A stretch of DNA of 38,023 bases from Guillardia theta CCMP2712 (lineage: Eukaryota; Protista; Cryptophyta), in the NCBI RefSeq assembly GCF_000315625.1, contig NW_005434660.1:933204-971226 (forward strand). The letters run 5' to 3'. The position numbers and the translations under genes were made by a program. Of the stretch, positions 22,636 through 33,919 are shown one piece after another. Numbering within the stretch: position 1 is the stretch's first letter; the number at the start of each line of letters is the position of its first letter. The notes beneath the pieces were generated by a model, which worked only from the letters and a program-made list of their open reading frames with translations, made no database searches and had not been told where the DNA came from.

Positions 22636-22766
22636 ATTTTGCCTACCTATTACCAACTACTCCTCCCTTACAGTATGTCTGAAGTTATGGTTGTATTCAT
22701 TCAGCATTTACATCTCCGTAACCTGAAACTTACTACTATGGCTAGTAGGTTGGTTCTCAAACTACA

Positions 22767-23365
22767 TCATGACCGCGTGTTATTCAGTCCCATCCCCTCT
22801 AGGAAGGCATGCTCGCAAAGCACTTCAATCGGCCTGTCGCTCGGCTGAAAGCATGCCTGCTCCACGAGGTCAACCAGCAGGGCTCGAGCTCGGACCCCTT
22901 CAAGTCCCTTCCCCTATCCTCCCTATTCTTCTCCCCCCCTTCCCTTTATTCTCCTTCCTTCTTGCTTTTCCCTCCCCTCCCCTCCCCTCTCCCTTCCTCT
23001 GTCACTCCCCTCCCCTCCCCTCTCCTCTCCTCTCCCTCCCGTCCCTCCCTCCCCTCCTCCTTCACCTTCCAAAACTTCCTTGCCAGGTCGACCAACGACT
23101 CATCCCTTCCATCCGAGGCCTCCCTGGGGCCCAGCAATCAGACGCTGAGAGGGCAGGGTGGTCAGTCTTACTCGAGGGGGTCGAGTACGATCTCCTTCAG
23201 CTCCGACATCGTCTCTTCCTCGTCCTGCATCTACTTCAGTCCCTCCTTCCCTCCGGCGCGCCTCCACCTGGTCGGGGCTCGAAAACAGCTTGAGCCTCTC
23301 CCCGTACATGCACTCGAAGACTATCGCTCCCAATCCCCACCTGCCGGAAACTCTGTTACGGAAGA

Positions 23366-23416
<51 letters not shown>

Positions 23417-26400
23417 CGGTCATATTGACCCCTCCTATCACTCATTCACCTCCTCGTCCTCCTCGTCCTCCTCGACTGATCCCTGATGATTTCTTTCTCA
23501 CTCTGTCTACCTCCAATTCTCCTCCTCCTCAAGCTCACATGTCCAATGTACGCGCTGCCGCAACTCCGTTGACATCGAGGTAATTGAGAAGCAAAGTCCC
23601 GTAGGTGTCCCCGAAGTCCCGCGTCTCATTGGCCTCCTCGTAGGTCAGGAAGTATTCGAGGTTGGCGAGCTTGATCGACTGCCCGTTGCCGGAGAGAAGG
23701 ACCTGTCATGGGTCAGAGCAAGAGGAGCTGTGACGCTGACGTCACCGAGGACGCTTCAAGGTTGCAAAGGAACAATCGCTTCTCCTCGTGTAGGAAGTAG
23801 AGGGCGTTCAAGATCTGGTCAAGGAGCAAGAGACGTTACAACCTCACCCTGTCCCTCCCTTCCTCTTTCCTTTGTCCCTCCCTCCCCTCCTCCCTCCCTT
23901 CCTGCCCCTGCCCCTGCCCCTTCCTCTCTCGAGCTCTCCCCTGTTTATCGCCACAAGATTCTGCCGACGCACCTGAGCCACGTACAGCTTGACCGTCATG
24001 GGCTCGATGAGGACGATGCCTGCCCTCCCTTGGCTCGCCGGGAAGCTCTGCTTCCATAGCTTCTCCTTCCTGAAGTGACTCATCCTCAGCCTTGTGTTCC
24101 CCTGCAGCAGCGAGTGCATGTGCGTCGATAGGCTGCCCTCCGGGCCTGCAGCTCGTCAGAGGAGCAGGAAGCGTTCACACCCGCTGCTCACAGAACTCGA
24201 TGAGGATGTAGACGCTGTCTTGGCCGCAAGGAACGACCCCGTGGTAGTTGAGGATGTGGGGATGCGACTCCTTGCTCAGGAGGTGCAGCCTGTGGACCTG
24301 GGGAAGCCTTGAGGGAGGGAAGGGAAGAGGGGGGAGAGGAGGGAGGAGATGCGGAGATGAGAGAAAGAGGAGGAGGAGGAGAGAGAGACAGGAGTAGGTG
24401 AGTAGGAGCGGAGCGGAGATGAGATGAGAGAAGGCGTACAGCAGGGGAGGGGAGGAGGGGAGAAGAGGTGAAGCAGAGTGGATGGAGGGATAGAAGGAGA
24501 GAATGGAATGGATAGCGACAGGTGAAGAATATGCTTCACCTTTTCACGCAGGACATTCCACGTGAGCCTGACAGACAACTCAATATGTTTGTAGGAGGAG
24601 AGCAGGGGATTGTGAGATGAGGAGGGGGCAATGTTGGGGAGAGGAGGAGGAGGAGGAGGAGAAGTAGGAGTAGGAGGAGAAGTAGGAGTAGGAGGAGGAG
24701 GAGGAGGAGGAGGAGTAGGAGGAGGAGGAGGAGGAGGATCAGATTCCGCAGTTCACCTCTTCTTCAGTTTTCTTCGTCTGACTGCTATCATCTCGTGGGT
24801 ATCGCAGTAATGTCCCTTGTAAATGCAATCCTCAGCATCGCCGCTGCTCTCCTGGAAGAATCCAACAAACTTCGCATGCCCGATGCGCTCTCCTCGTATC
24901 CATGATCGAGGGTTTTCCCCAGGGTTCGAGATGATTTTCTTGTCCTCCTCCTCCACATTTACAACCGTTCCCAACAGCTTGCCGCTCCTCCTCTCTCCAG
25001 CTTCTGCATGCCCAAACGTCGACGACGAGCATCTCTGCAAGTAAGACGATCTCGGCGACACATCAGCTCCGTCTTCATCATCGTTGTCTTCATCTTCAGG
25101 CTCCTCCTCCCCCTCATCATCTTCCTCACCACCACCACTACCAGCTCTGTGCTCATCGTTCGATCGGAACTTGAGCTGTTTGTTGACTGGTGATCCATGC
25201 ATTCGGTTTGACTTGTTGGTCTTATTGACCTCAGGTCTGTGAGAGCTCTTGTGCTGGAACGAGATGATGTCGCTCAAGAGCTCGAAGCAATCCTTGAAAG
25301 TTTCATCGTCCACCTTGTCGACCAGCTTGATCAGCAGTGAGTGCAGAAACTTGCTGCAGTTGCACAACTGTGGCGTGAGGTTGGGATAGATTCTTGTCAC
25401 CAAGTATCGCGATTGCTCGGAGTTGGCCAGCAGCAACACGTCCTTTGCTACCTGTGCCCATCTCGTCGCGAGCTGCAGCGACTGCCAATCTTTCTCGTCC
25501 TTTTCGACTTGGAAGGACATGAGGGTGATGGAGAGGGCAATGCAGCGGCAGCAGCTCTTGGCTACCGATGCCTTCAGGTCCTGTCCTCGTGCACACGTCA
25601 AGCTCCTAACATCCTCGAAGATGGGAAACCAGGAGCTGAGCAGGTTAGAGCAGAGAGTGTTCAACTGCATGCAGTCCGTCAAATCCTCCCCTGCCATGCA
25701 GCACTTTCACCTCTTTCAGATCGTCTTGAAGGCTCTTGTCCTCGTCGCCGCAGATACATTCGTTCAAGGCTAGGGAGGCGTGTAAGATTGAACACGCTAA
25801 AACAAAACTCATCACCTGAGAAGGTGTTGATGGGACCGCCCAAGATGTTGGTCCCCTTGACTCTCTCGAGCTTCACCACTTGTTCGCTCTTGCTCCCCCC
25901 CAGCGTCTGCTCGAACGTCTTGATTTCCCGCTGCAACTGTCGATAATTTCCTGCGAGCAGCCTGAAAGAGCTCTGCCTTGCAGCGTCGAACGTCTGAAAA
26001 ATTCCATTCTCGGGGATTTCAAAATCTTCGTCCTCCAATTCAAGAGCCACCGTCTCTCCTCCCTTCTCCTCCCAGATCTCCTCAAAGGTCTTTCCCGCCT
26101 GCTCCACCTTGCGCGCCTCCGCCGCCTTCTTCCGAGTGCTCTGAGCCAAGTTGAAGATGATTGCATGCCCGTCGAACGCATCGTTGTCGCCGATGGACTG
26201 CGTAAGGAACTTGTGGACGTACTGCACGTTGAACCGCTCGTCGTCGTACCTCACTGAGTTGACAAGAGCGGGAGAGAACAGGACCCGGCAGCCCGGGACC
26301 ATCAGGTCACGTTGCACTCCGGTGTCGTCACTGAAGTTGATGAGAGTGTAGTCAGAGCCGATGAGATAGTCGATCAGCGCTTCCGTGTCTCTCACGACGT

Positions 26401-28651
26401 ACTGGCGAGACAGAAACACGTCGGCTATGGCGGCCGCAGCTCTCTTCACGCTATCCGAGCAAACCTCAAGCACGGCGTGAAGGGCGGAGGAGAAATCGAG
26501 CATCGGAGCCAAGTCGCTGTCCTGCATCGCATCGGAAAGCGGGGTTGTTCCCGACGATCTCTCGCTCAGACTCTTAGACTTGATCAGCAAGTGTCGATCC
26601 GTCGACTCGTCCGAGCACGGGGAGGAGAAGTTGAGTGCGACAGGAGACTTGGACGGGGTGCTTGTGGTCTCTGTGGCGATCAGCTCATTGCTACATCTCT
26701 TGAGGAGGAGGCAGCACTGCTTCATGAGCACCGACGCCATCTGGCATTGCATGATCGCTGCTCGGAGCCCAGCCCTCCAACTGCCGATGACCCTGGCAGC
26801 TTCCCGAGGCCACATGACGCACTCCCGATGAAACCTCCTCAGGCTGTCTCTGACCGCTCTTGTCCCTCCTACGATAGAGTGAATGGCATCGCCGTCCTCC
26901 GACTGCAGCCCTCTGCTGAAGTTCTCGAGGGAGGACTGCAGGCAGAAGACGTATCCCAGCTCGAACAAGTACAAGAGCCTCTCACTCAGTTGCTTGTCCT
27001 TCACACTCTCCTCCTCCGGGAAGAGACGGTCTTGAAGATCGACAGAATGTGTTACCATGTGCTCCGAGAGGGCCCTTTGGTACTGTCTCGCGATAGTGAA
27101 CAAATTTGTGCAATCAAGAAACATGTTGGTCGAGGACTGGCTGCTCTTCAGGATGGGTTCGTCCTTGGAGATCTTCAGCAGGCTATCGAGCCTGTTCTTT
27201 TCCTCCTGATTCTGAATCTTGACATCTTTCTTCTCGTAGATTCCAGTCAGCAGCCTTGACTTCACGATCTCCGCCAGGATCTGCAGTGGCAGACAAGCAA
27301 TTTTGGAAACCAGCGTCTCATGGCAGATCGACTCGTCGTCGCCGTCCGGATTTTCTTCGGTCTGATTCTCGATCAGTTCACTGAAAAGATAGCTCGGGTG
27401 CAGCTGGGGTAACCCCATCTTCTCGAACATGGACGAGTACGTCAGGTCTGCCCCGCACGTATCATCACAGTCTGCCTTGATGTTGCTCAGCATGTCGAGG
27501 AGCCCCCAAGAGCTCGATCGTCCTCGAGGTTGCGATCGGTGGCTGTCAGTTCTCCCCCTCCTGCCTGAGAGATTGTCTTTGGTGTACGTGGAGACGTCGC
27601 CGTCGTTGGTCACATCGACAGGTGCCTGGGTGCATGAACCAACGATACAAGTTGTGACGTCAGTGAGTTGAACTCTGTGCAGCATGCCGTTGAGATCGGG
27701 GCTCGACGACCACTTGGATCTCGCTTCAGAGAGCAGCTCCTTCATGTTGCTGTACGCAGCCTGCAGTCTGGAAACCCAACAGCTGTATTTCCGCAATGCA
27801 TGATATTTACATTGAAAATGATCATCTTCGAAGAGTGCATGCGCAGAGGCCAAAGACAGCGGTGAAGTCACCCCCGTTCTCAGGCTCACCATCCTTCCCG
27901 TGGCGTGGACTCTTGTTCTCCTGCTGTAGATGAGGGGATACGCTCCCTCCAGCTCGTCCACGTCCTTCAACAGCCTCTCCACCTCGGTCGTCAGAGGTGC
28001 CCACGTGTCCGACGCCGACTGAAGGTCAGTGTACAGCTGCTTCCAAAAGTGTGAGAGGTTGGCTCGGCGATCCTCCACGGCAAAGGACTGAAGCTGCTCC
28101 ATGACAGCTATCCAGCAGAATGCCGGAATCCCCTGCCCATGGTAGCAGAAGTCGGGATGCAGGGTACCTTCGAGGAAACGACTGACGTGCCTCTGGTGGC
28201 CAACGTCAACAGCTCGTGAGATCCTGATGAGGGCGTTTGCAGCATGCTCTGGGATGTAGCCTGCTGCCGTCCAGGAGCTAGACTTGAGCACAAAGTCCAT
28301 CTTCAAGGTGTGTTGCTTGTCACCGCGTTTCTTCCCTTGAAGGTGATGCATCAAGTGCTCGACCTGGCAGCCTCTCTCTGTTGGGAAGCTGAAGTTCCTG
28401 ATCTTCTGCAGAGTCTGGTTGCCATGGTAGCGTATCCTATCCAGGTCGTGCTGCTCCTCCTCCACAGTGACTCTGTTCCTTGTCGCCCTCAGTTCCAACC
28501 AGAACCTCTCTCGCGCCCTCTCCGCTTCCTTCCACTTGAAGTGTGTGAGGGAGGAGGAGGATGGAGTGAGAGAAAGTGGAGAGCAGGAGCTGGAGACGGC
28601 AGGAGGCTGTAACGCCTCCTCTAGCCTTCGCCGCCTGCCCTCCTCCACCAT
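22767..28651 (-). CDS. MEKK4(MAP3K4)/Ssk2-like protein with C-terminal pseudokinase domain, multi-exon
   Basis: First exon of ~950 codons contains FWLELRA..EEEQ..L..IR..LQKIRNFSF and VERLLKDVDELEGAYP, resembling the MEKK4/Ssk2 N-terminal domain. The C-terminal kinase fold reads WIRGERIG..IYKG..DTHEMIAVR..HPHILNYHG..VYILIEFCPEGSL..YVAQILNALYFLHEE..IKLA..DMWGLGAIVFECMYG..CFQPSDRP..LCEHAFL, with stop at 22767. Confidence 0.78.
23368..23415 (+). repeat. Intronic (CTCGTC)n hexamer repeat
   Basis: The same unit also occurs at ~32657-32700, ~35961-36020 and ~36163-36190. Confidence 0.9.
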
Positions 28652-28659
28652 TGCAGCGC

Positions 28660-28915
28660 GATTAGCGAGTCACTCCCGCCATGCGGACAACGTTAACCGG
28701 GAATCTGGTTGACCAGGTTCCCAGTCTCCGGCGGCAGCAGCAGCGGCGGCAGGCCGCCGGCCCATGGCTCCGAGCCGCTGAGCGGCCCAGGCCATCGGGA
28801 CGGTGGCGGGGACTCGGAGTCGGTACCCGACTGTGACCCGCCGGGCCCTGAGAGTCTCGGACTCGGAGTCGAGCCCGGCCACTGATCAGAGGGCCGGACT
28901 CGAGGGGGAACTTCG
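28660..28915. promoter_or_regulatory. CpG-rich block directly upstream of the MEKK4-like gene
   Basis: Contains GAGTCAC, CTGTGAC, and GACTCGGAGTC at 28811-28821 and 28860-28870. Confidence 0.5.
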
Positions 28916-29002
28916 GAAGACGTAATATTTGATCACTACAGACACTTTAATGACGTTGATCGGACTTTAGAACTGAGTCGCCCACCGTGACAGTCTTAGT
29001 GA

Positions 29003-32000
29003 CTAGCAGGACATGCCAAGAGCGGCGGCGAGGCGCGATTGCCATGATGAGATGCTACCGCCGGTGGTCATGCTCTCCTTCATGTCACTGTCCTCATCGA
29101 TGGTGCTCTGGATGACGATCCTCTGCCTCTGTCGCTGCACCTGATGCCGACTGGTTACCTCCTGCCCCTCCCTCCTGCCCCGAGGAGAACGAAACTTGCC
29201 TGCTGGGCTCCGTGGAGACGGGGAGTTCGGACTTCGTCGGGCTGGAGGTATACTTCTTCGGGCCTGAAGTAGGAGGAGATAGTCTTGTGCAGCAGCTGCA
29301 GGAGGAGCATGTGACTCGGAGGGCAGGAGGTTCAGGCAGGCGTTCGGACCTTGTTGGTGAGGTTGTCTCGGGTGATGATGCCGACCGGGCGGTTGCAGAC
29401 GTCGAGCACCGGCAGGTGCCGCAGGCTCATCCTGAGCAGCCGTTACAGACCGTCACGGTTCCCGTCCCGGTGTGGGAGGGGAGGGAAGGAGAGGCTGGAG
29501 GGGCTGGAGGGCTGGATGGGAAGGGGAAGGTGGGGAGGGGGGAGGTGGGCGTGGGGAGGGCGAGGAGGGGGGAAGGGGGAGGGGAGGCGGGGGAGTGGAG
29601 GAGTGGCGTGGGGTGGCGGTGGGGGGGCNNNNNNNNNNNNNNNNNNNNNNNNNNNNNNNNNNNNNNNNNNNNNNNNNNNNNNNNNNNNNNNNNNNNNNNN
29701 NNNNNNNNNNNNNNNNNNNNNNNNNNNNGACAATCTTGTTGAGATCCGAAAGGAGGGCAGGGAGGAGGAGAGGAGAGGAAACGGAGGGAGAGGAGGGGGA
29801 GGGGGAAGGGAGGGAGGGGGGAGGGAGGGAAAGGAGGGCAGGGGAGAGAAAGAAAGAGGGAAGAGGAAGGAAGAAGAGAGGGCGTTGGAAGTGAAGGAAG
29901 GTAGGATTGGAAGCGGAAAAGGAGGAAAAACAGCAGGAGGGGAGGCTGACCTTAACACTGTGGCTGATCTTGGTTCCTGTCAGCCTGCTAGTTTCCATCT
30001 GAATGTACTGCACAAGACCTCAGGCCCTCGCGGACTGATCGCACACCAACTCACCATCTCTTTGTCACCGTTCAGATTCAAGTCTTCCTTCCTTTCACTC
30101 GTGATCCTCTGCCACATCGACTGGGCCTTTGCTGCGTCTCGCTGGAACCTGACGAGATAGTCGTTCAGAAGGAAGACAAGAACAAGAAGCAGAAGAGAGA
30201 CACGGACACTGTCAAAGAAGGGGAGATGAACAAGTAGAGGAAGCGAGGTTTGCGGTGATGGATCAAGGACCTGGCCGACAGCAGCGTGCGGAGGGTCGAG
30301 CGGAGGATCGTGCCCTCCATGCGGCCTGCGGGAGTAGAGGATGGGTCCTTCTCGTCCTCCACACTCACCACAGGGAAGCCGTTGTGGCTGCAGGACCGCA
30401 GCACGTCAACGATGTCTCCGATCTTCTCGATGACCTTGAAGGAGACCACCGGCCGACTCATGACATCTCCGACGAAGCAAAGGGACATGAACGAGTCCGG
30501 CACGTGCGGGAGGAAGCGAAGCTTCTTCCTCTTGATCAGAACATCGTACAGCCCTTCCTTGCCGAAAAAGTTCCCGACCAAGTTGGCCACACAGGTTGAC
30601 ACGACGACAGGCAGGAGGCTGTGAACGTTGCCGGTGCCCTCGATCATAATGATCACTAGCGATATCGTTCCCCTCTGCACCCCCCCCAGCACAGCAGAAG
30701 CTCCAGCGAGCGCGTAGATCCCCGCAAAGACCCGCGGATCCACGTAGAGCTTCACATACTCTCCCACCACCCGCCCGAGACAGGAGCCGATGAAGACGCA
30801 GGGCATGAAGATTCCTGTAGGGATGTGTGCTCCGAACGTGACGAGCATCAGCACAAACGTCACGGCAGCAGCTTTCAGCATGCTCGCGATGCTGTATGGC
30901 GAGAAGGGCCAGGCCTGCGTCATCATGCGGGAGATGGAAAGCTCGTGGTGGCCGAAGAGGAGAGTCGCGAGCTCGTTGTACTGTCCCACATCGCATCCCA
31001 TCTGCATCCCGCGATTGATCGAAGGGATCTGCAGAGGCAGGCACTTCCCCCCGAGCTGCTCACAGTCAGAGTCCCTGCAGCTCCTCCCCGACGACGACCC
31101 TCCATGGCATATCCAGGCCGATGCGTTGGCGCAAGAGGAAGTGGGACCTTTACATGTGTCCAGATCCAACGGCCCGCTGCACCAGTCGCCCCAGTTACCT
31201 GCCTCCTTGCAGGTCCACAGCCCGTTGTCCCGGCAGACAGGGTTGAGGACGACGAGGTAGAAGATGGACGCGGAGGTGATGAGGGAGATGCTGAAGACCT
31301 CGAGGGCACGCAGGAGGTTGTTCCTGGGCCGGACGAGGCTGAGGAGGCTGACAGCCCTGTTGAACACCCCTCCTACGATCCCCCCGAAGATACCAACGAC
31401 AACAAACATGATGATCTCCCACCAGTAGATCGGAGCCTCCACGCTGCTGTCCGCAAGAATCCCTCCATCCCTCAGCCTCTGCACCGTGTTGGTCGTTCCG
31501 AACGACAGCAACCCGGCCAGGCTAACGTCCCCTGAGTTCAAGTCTGCCTTGATGAACGCGAGAGAGACTGTAGCGACCAGGGCAGCTGTAAACATGTGCC
31601 AGATCAGCTGCGGAGTCCACGCGTTCGAAGTCTCCTCGAGCACGAAGAGAACTCCCCCGATCGGAGCCCCGAACGCTGCCGCCATGCCTGCTCCTGCCCC
31701 AGCGCTGATGAAGTGCCGCCGATCTCTGTCGTTGTGGAACCTCCCGAGGATAGCAGGGGAGAACTCGAAGCAGAGGCTCTGAACTTTATCTCCTCTCGTC
31801 ACTCCTGACGCTATCCCTGCCCCGATGTGGATCAAAGGTCCCTCCGAGCCGCTGGCTAGCCCGCTGCAGGCCGCCAGGATCGTTCCCACGATCTTTACCA
31901 GGATGGTGCGGAGCTTCAAGAAGCGCTTCACGTGCGTGCCGTTCATGAAGGCTTTGATCTCAGCAATGCCATCGGCTGCCGTTGCGGGCTCGAGGGTGAT

Positions 32001-32510
32001 GGTGAGGAGCCCTCCAACAAGGGCAAAGCAGCTGTTCCACACAGCGAAGAAGACGAAGGACTGGAACATGCTTGAACCTTGCTTCACGTACATCTCCACC
32101 TGGTCGTTCCTCTGGTCCACCAGCACTTGAATCGCTACCTGGACGCCCCTTGCGACGATGGCAATCGCCATGCCGATCAGAACGGTAAGAATCCATCGGT
32201 AGAAGACCTTGCTTGTGAAAACTATCTGCCCGTTAGGGTTGTATCCTCTCTCTAACTTCCTGTGCGCGTCGACGTAGTATGGCTGATTGATTGGATCCAC
32301 GTCGAGCCGCTCGAGTCTTCCGTAGACGCCGGAGACGCTCTGCTTGATCGATTTCCTTGACTCCATGGATTCGTTCCTGACAAGGGGCGGAACTGCCGCC
32401 ATATGCAGCAGCTCCTCTGCATCATCAGGAGCATGAGCTCTCCCCTGCTCCTGGACGCCGACAATCTCGACATGGTTGCTGTCAAGAAGACTCTCATTCA
32501 GCCCGCTCAT
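29003..32510 (-). CDS. CLC: CLC family anion channel/H+ antiporter (CLC-6/7 or plant CLCa-d-like) with two CBS domains
   Basis: Motifs EIKAFMNG, GLASGSEGPLIHIGA, DRDRRHFISAGAGAGMAAAFGAPIGGVLFVLEE, YNELATL, PTGIFMP and EGLYD. CBS1 is DVMSRPV..HNGFPVV..GTILRSTL. The end of CBS2, LRHLPVLD..PVGIITRDNL, is at ~29351-29431; the start of CBS2 falls in the N-gap. The last exon ends AALGMSC* at 29003. Confidence 0.93.
29629..29728. other. Assembly gap (100 N) inside a G-rich CLC intron region
   Basis: Run of Ns flanked by G/purine tracts. The first part of CBS2 is absent from the visible sequence. Confidence 0.99.
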
Positions 32511-32655
32511 GCTTCCCTCCCTTCGCCGACTCTTGTCCCTCGGCCGCCGGCAAACTTTCCTGCTTCACAACAGCAGCTCTCTTGGACTCTTCCAACTTAT
32601 CCACCGTCTTACATCATCTCTCTACTATCGTCTCCTCGAACCCTCCCCTCCTGGA

Positions 32656-32686
<31 letters not shown>

Positions 32687-32799
32687 CCGTCCCCGTCCTC
32701 TCCCTGGTCCTCCTCCTCCTCGTCTTGCCATGATTGCAAGCTTGCGCCCTCTTTGCTGTGCTAACGGTCACCAACTTCAACACTGTCTGACTACTGCTA

Positions 32800-32900
32800 T
32801 ATTGTGTTTGCTGTCCTTTTATTTCTATATAAATTGAACTGAGGCGAGCTTTAAATAACAGCAAAATAAACTAGTAGAGAAGGATAGAGCAAACAAAAGA
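32800..32900. promoter_or_regulatory. AT-rich core of the divergent CLC / FN3-LamG promoter region
   Basis: AT-rich patch with TATATAAA at 32826-32833 between head-to-head genes 563 bp apart. Confidence 0.4.
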
Positions 32901-33073
32901 CAGGGAGCAGACTTGTGCTGTTGAGATGTGTTGTTTGATGTCTATCATGATGATCACATGTCATGATAAAGCTCTATCTGATGTATGTCCGTACATGATG
33001 AGCCCCGCATGACAAGATCCCTGTAGAACTGTACCTCCCTCCCTCCCTCCCTCGGGTCGTTGCTGAGGTCGGC

Positions 33074-33876
33074 ATGAAACACACCTTCTCCTTGTGTCTC
33101 CTCCTCTTCGCTCTCTCTCATGCCAGCATCCCATCTGTGCCTGAGAATATCACCGTCCTCTTGGATCCTGCATACAACAGAGCGATCGTAGCTCGTTGGA
33201 CGGAGGTCGACGGCATCCTGTTTTGGAATGTCCACAGGAACTGCAGCTCGTCATCAGGACAGGAGACTTTCCGGGTGGTCGAGCCAGAGTTTGTGGATAA
33301 TCAGAGGGAAAACTCGACCTGCTCTTACAGGATACAAGCTTGTAACCAAGAAGGATGCGGTCCTCTGAGCCAGCATGCCAGCGCGACATTCTCGACCCGA
33401 CCCGACCCCCCGACAATCCTCACCGTCACCCCATCATCCTCCGGCATCCTGACCGTGACCTACTCCCCTCCTGCGAACCGAGGAGGAGGAGGCGGAGTGG
33501 ATGTGAAGTTGAACAACTTCGAGGTACAACTCTCGCAGACTCCTGACTTCACGACCATCATCAGCTTCTCTCGCTCAGAGGACGGGACTTCTCACTCCCA
33601 GCGCCTGCATGCTCTCAAGGGCTCCTCCTACTTCATCAGAGCACGCGCAGCAAACGCCATAGGGTGGAGCGATTTCTCGGTGTTCGTGGAGCCAGGGAGC
33701 AACATGCCACTTGCTGTGAGGAGCCTCAGCGTCCCTGGCCCTCCCTCCTCCATCGCTGCCGTCCTTCCCGTGGACGTCAGGACGCTGCAGGTCGACTGGG
33801 GACCGCCGTTGGACACAGGAGCATGGGACACGTCGGTGAGTTGACACGTGGTTATGATGTAGAAGATCCATTCACT

Positions 33877-33919
<43 letters not shown>

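Noticed and set aside
24190-24300. Apparent frameshift in the kinase N-lobe exon
   Set aside because: Recounting the G/C runs gives a continuous frame, HPHILNYHGVVPCGQDSVYILIEF.
26312-27259. Long antisense ORFs over the kinase, cyclase and CLC exons
   Set aside because: Shadow ORFs caused by GC3-rich codon usage, with no recognisable domains.
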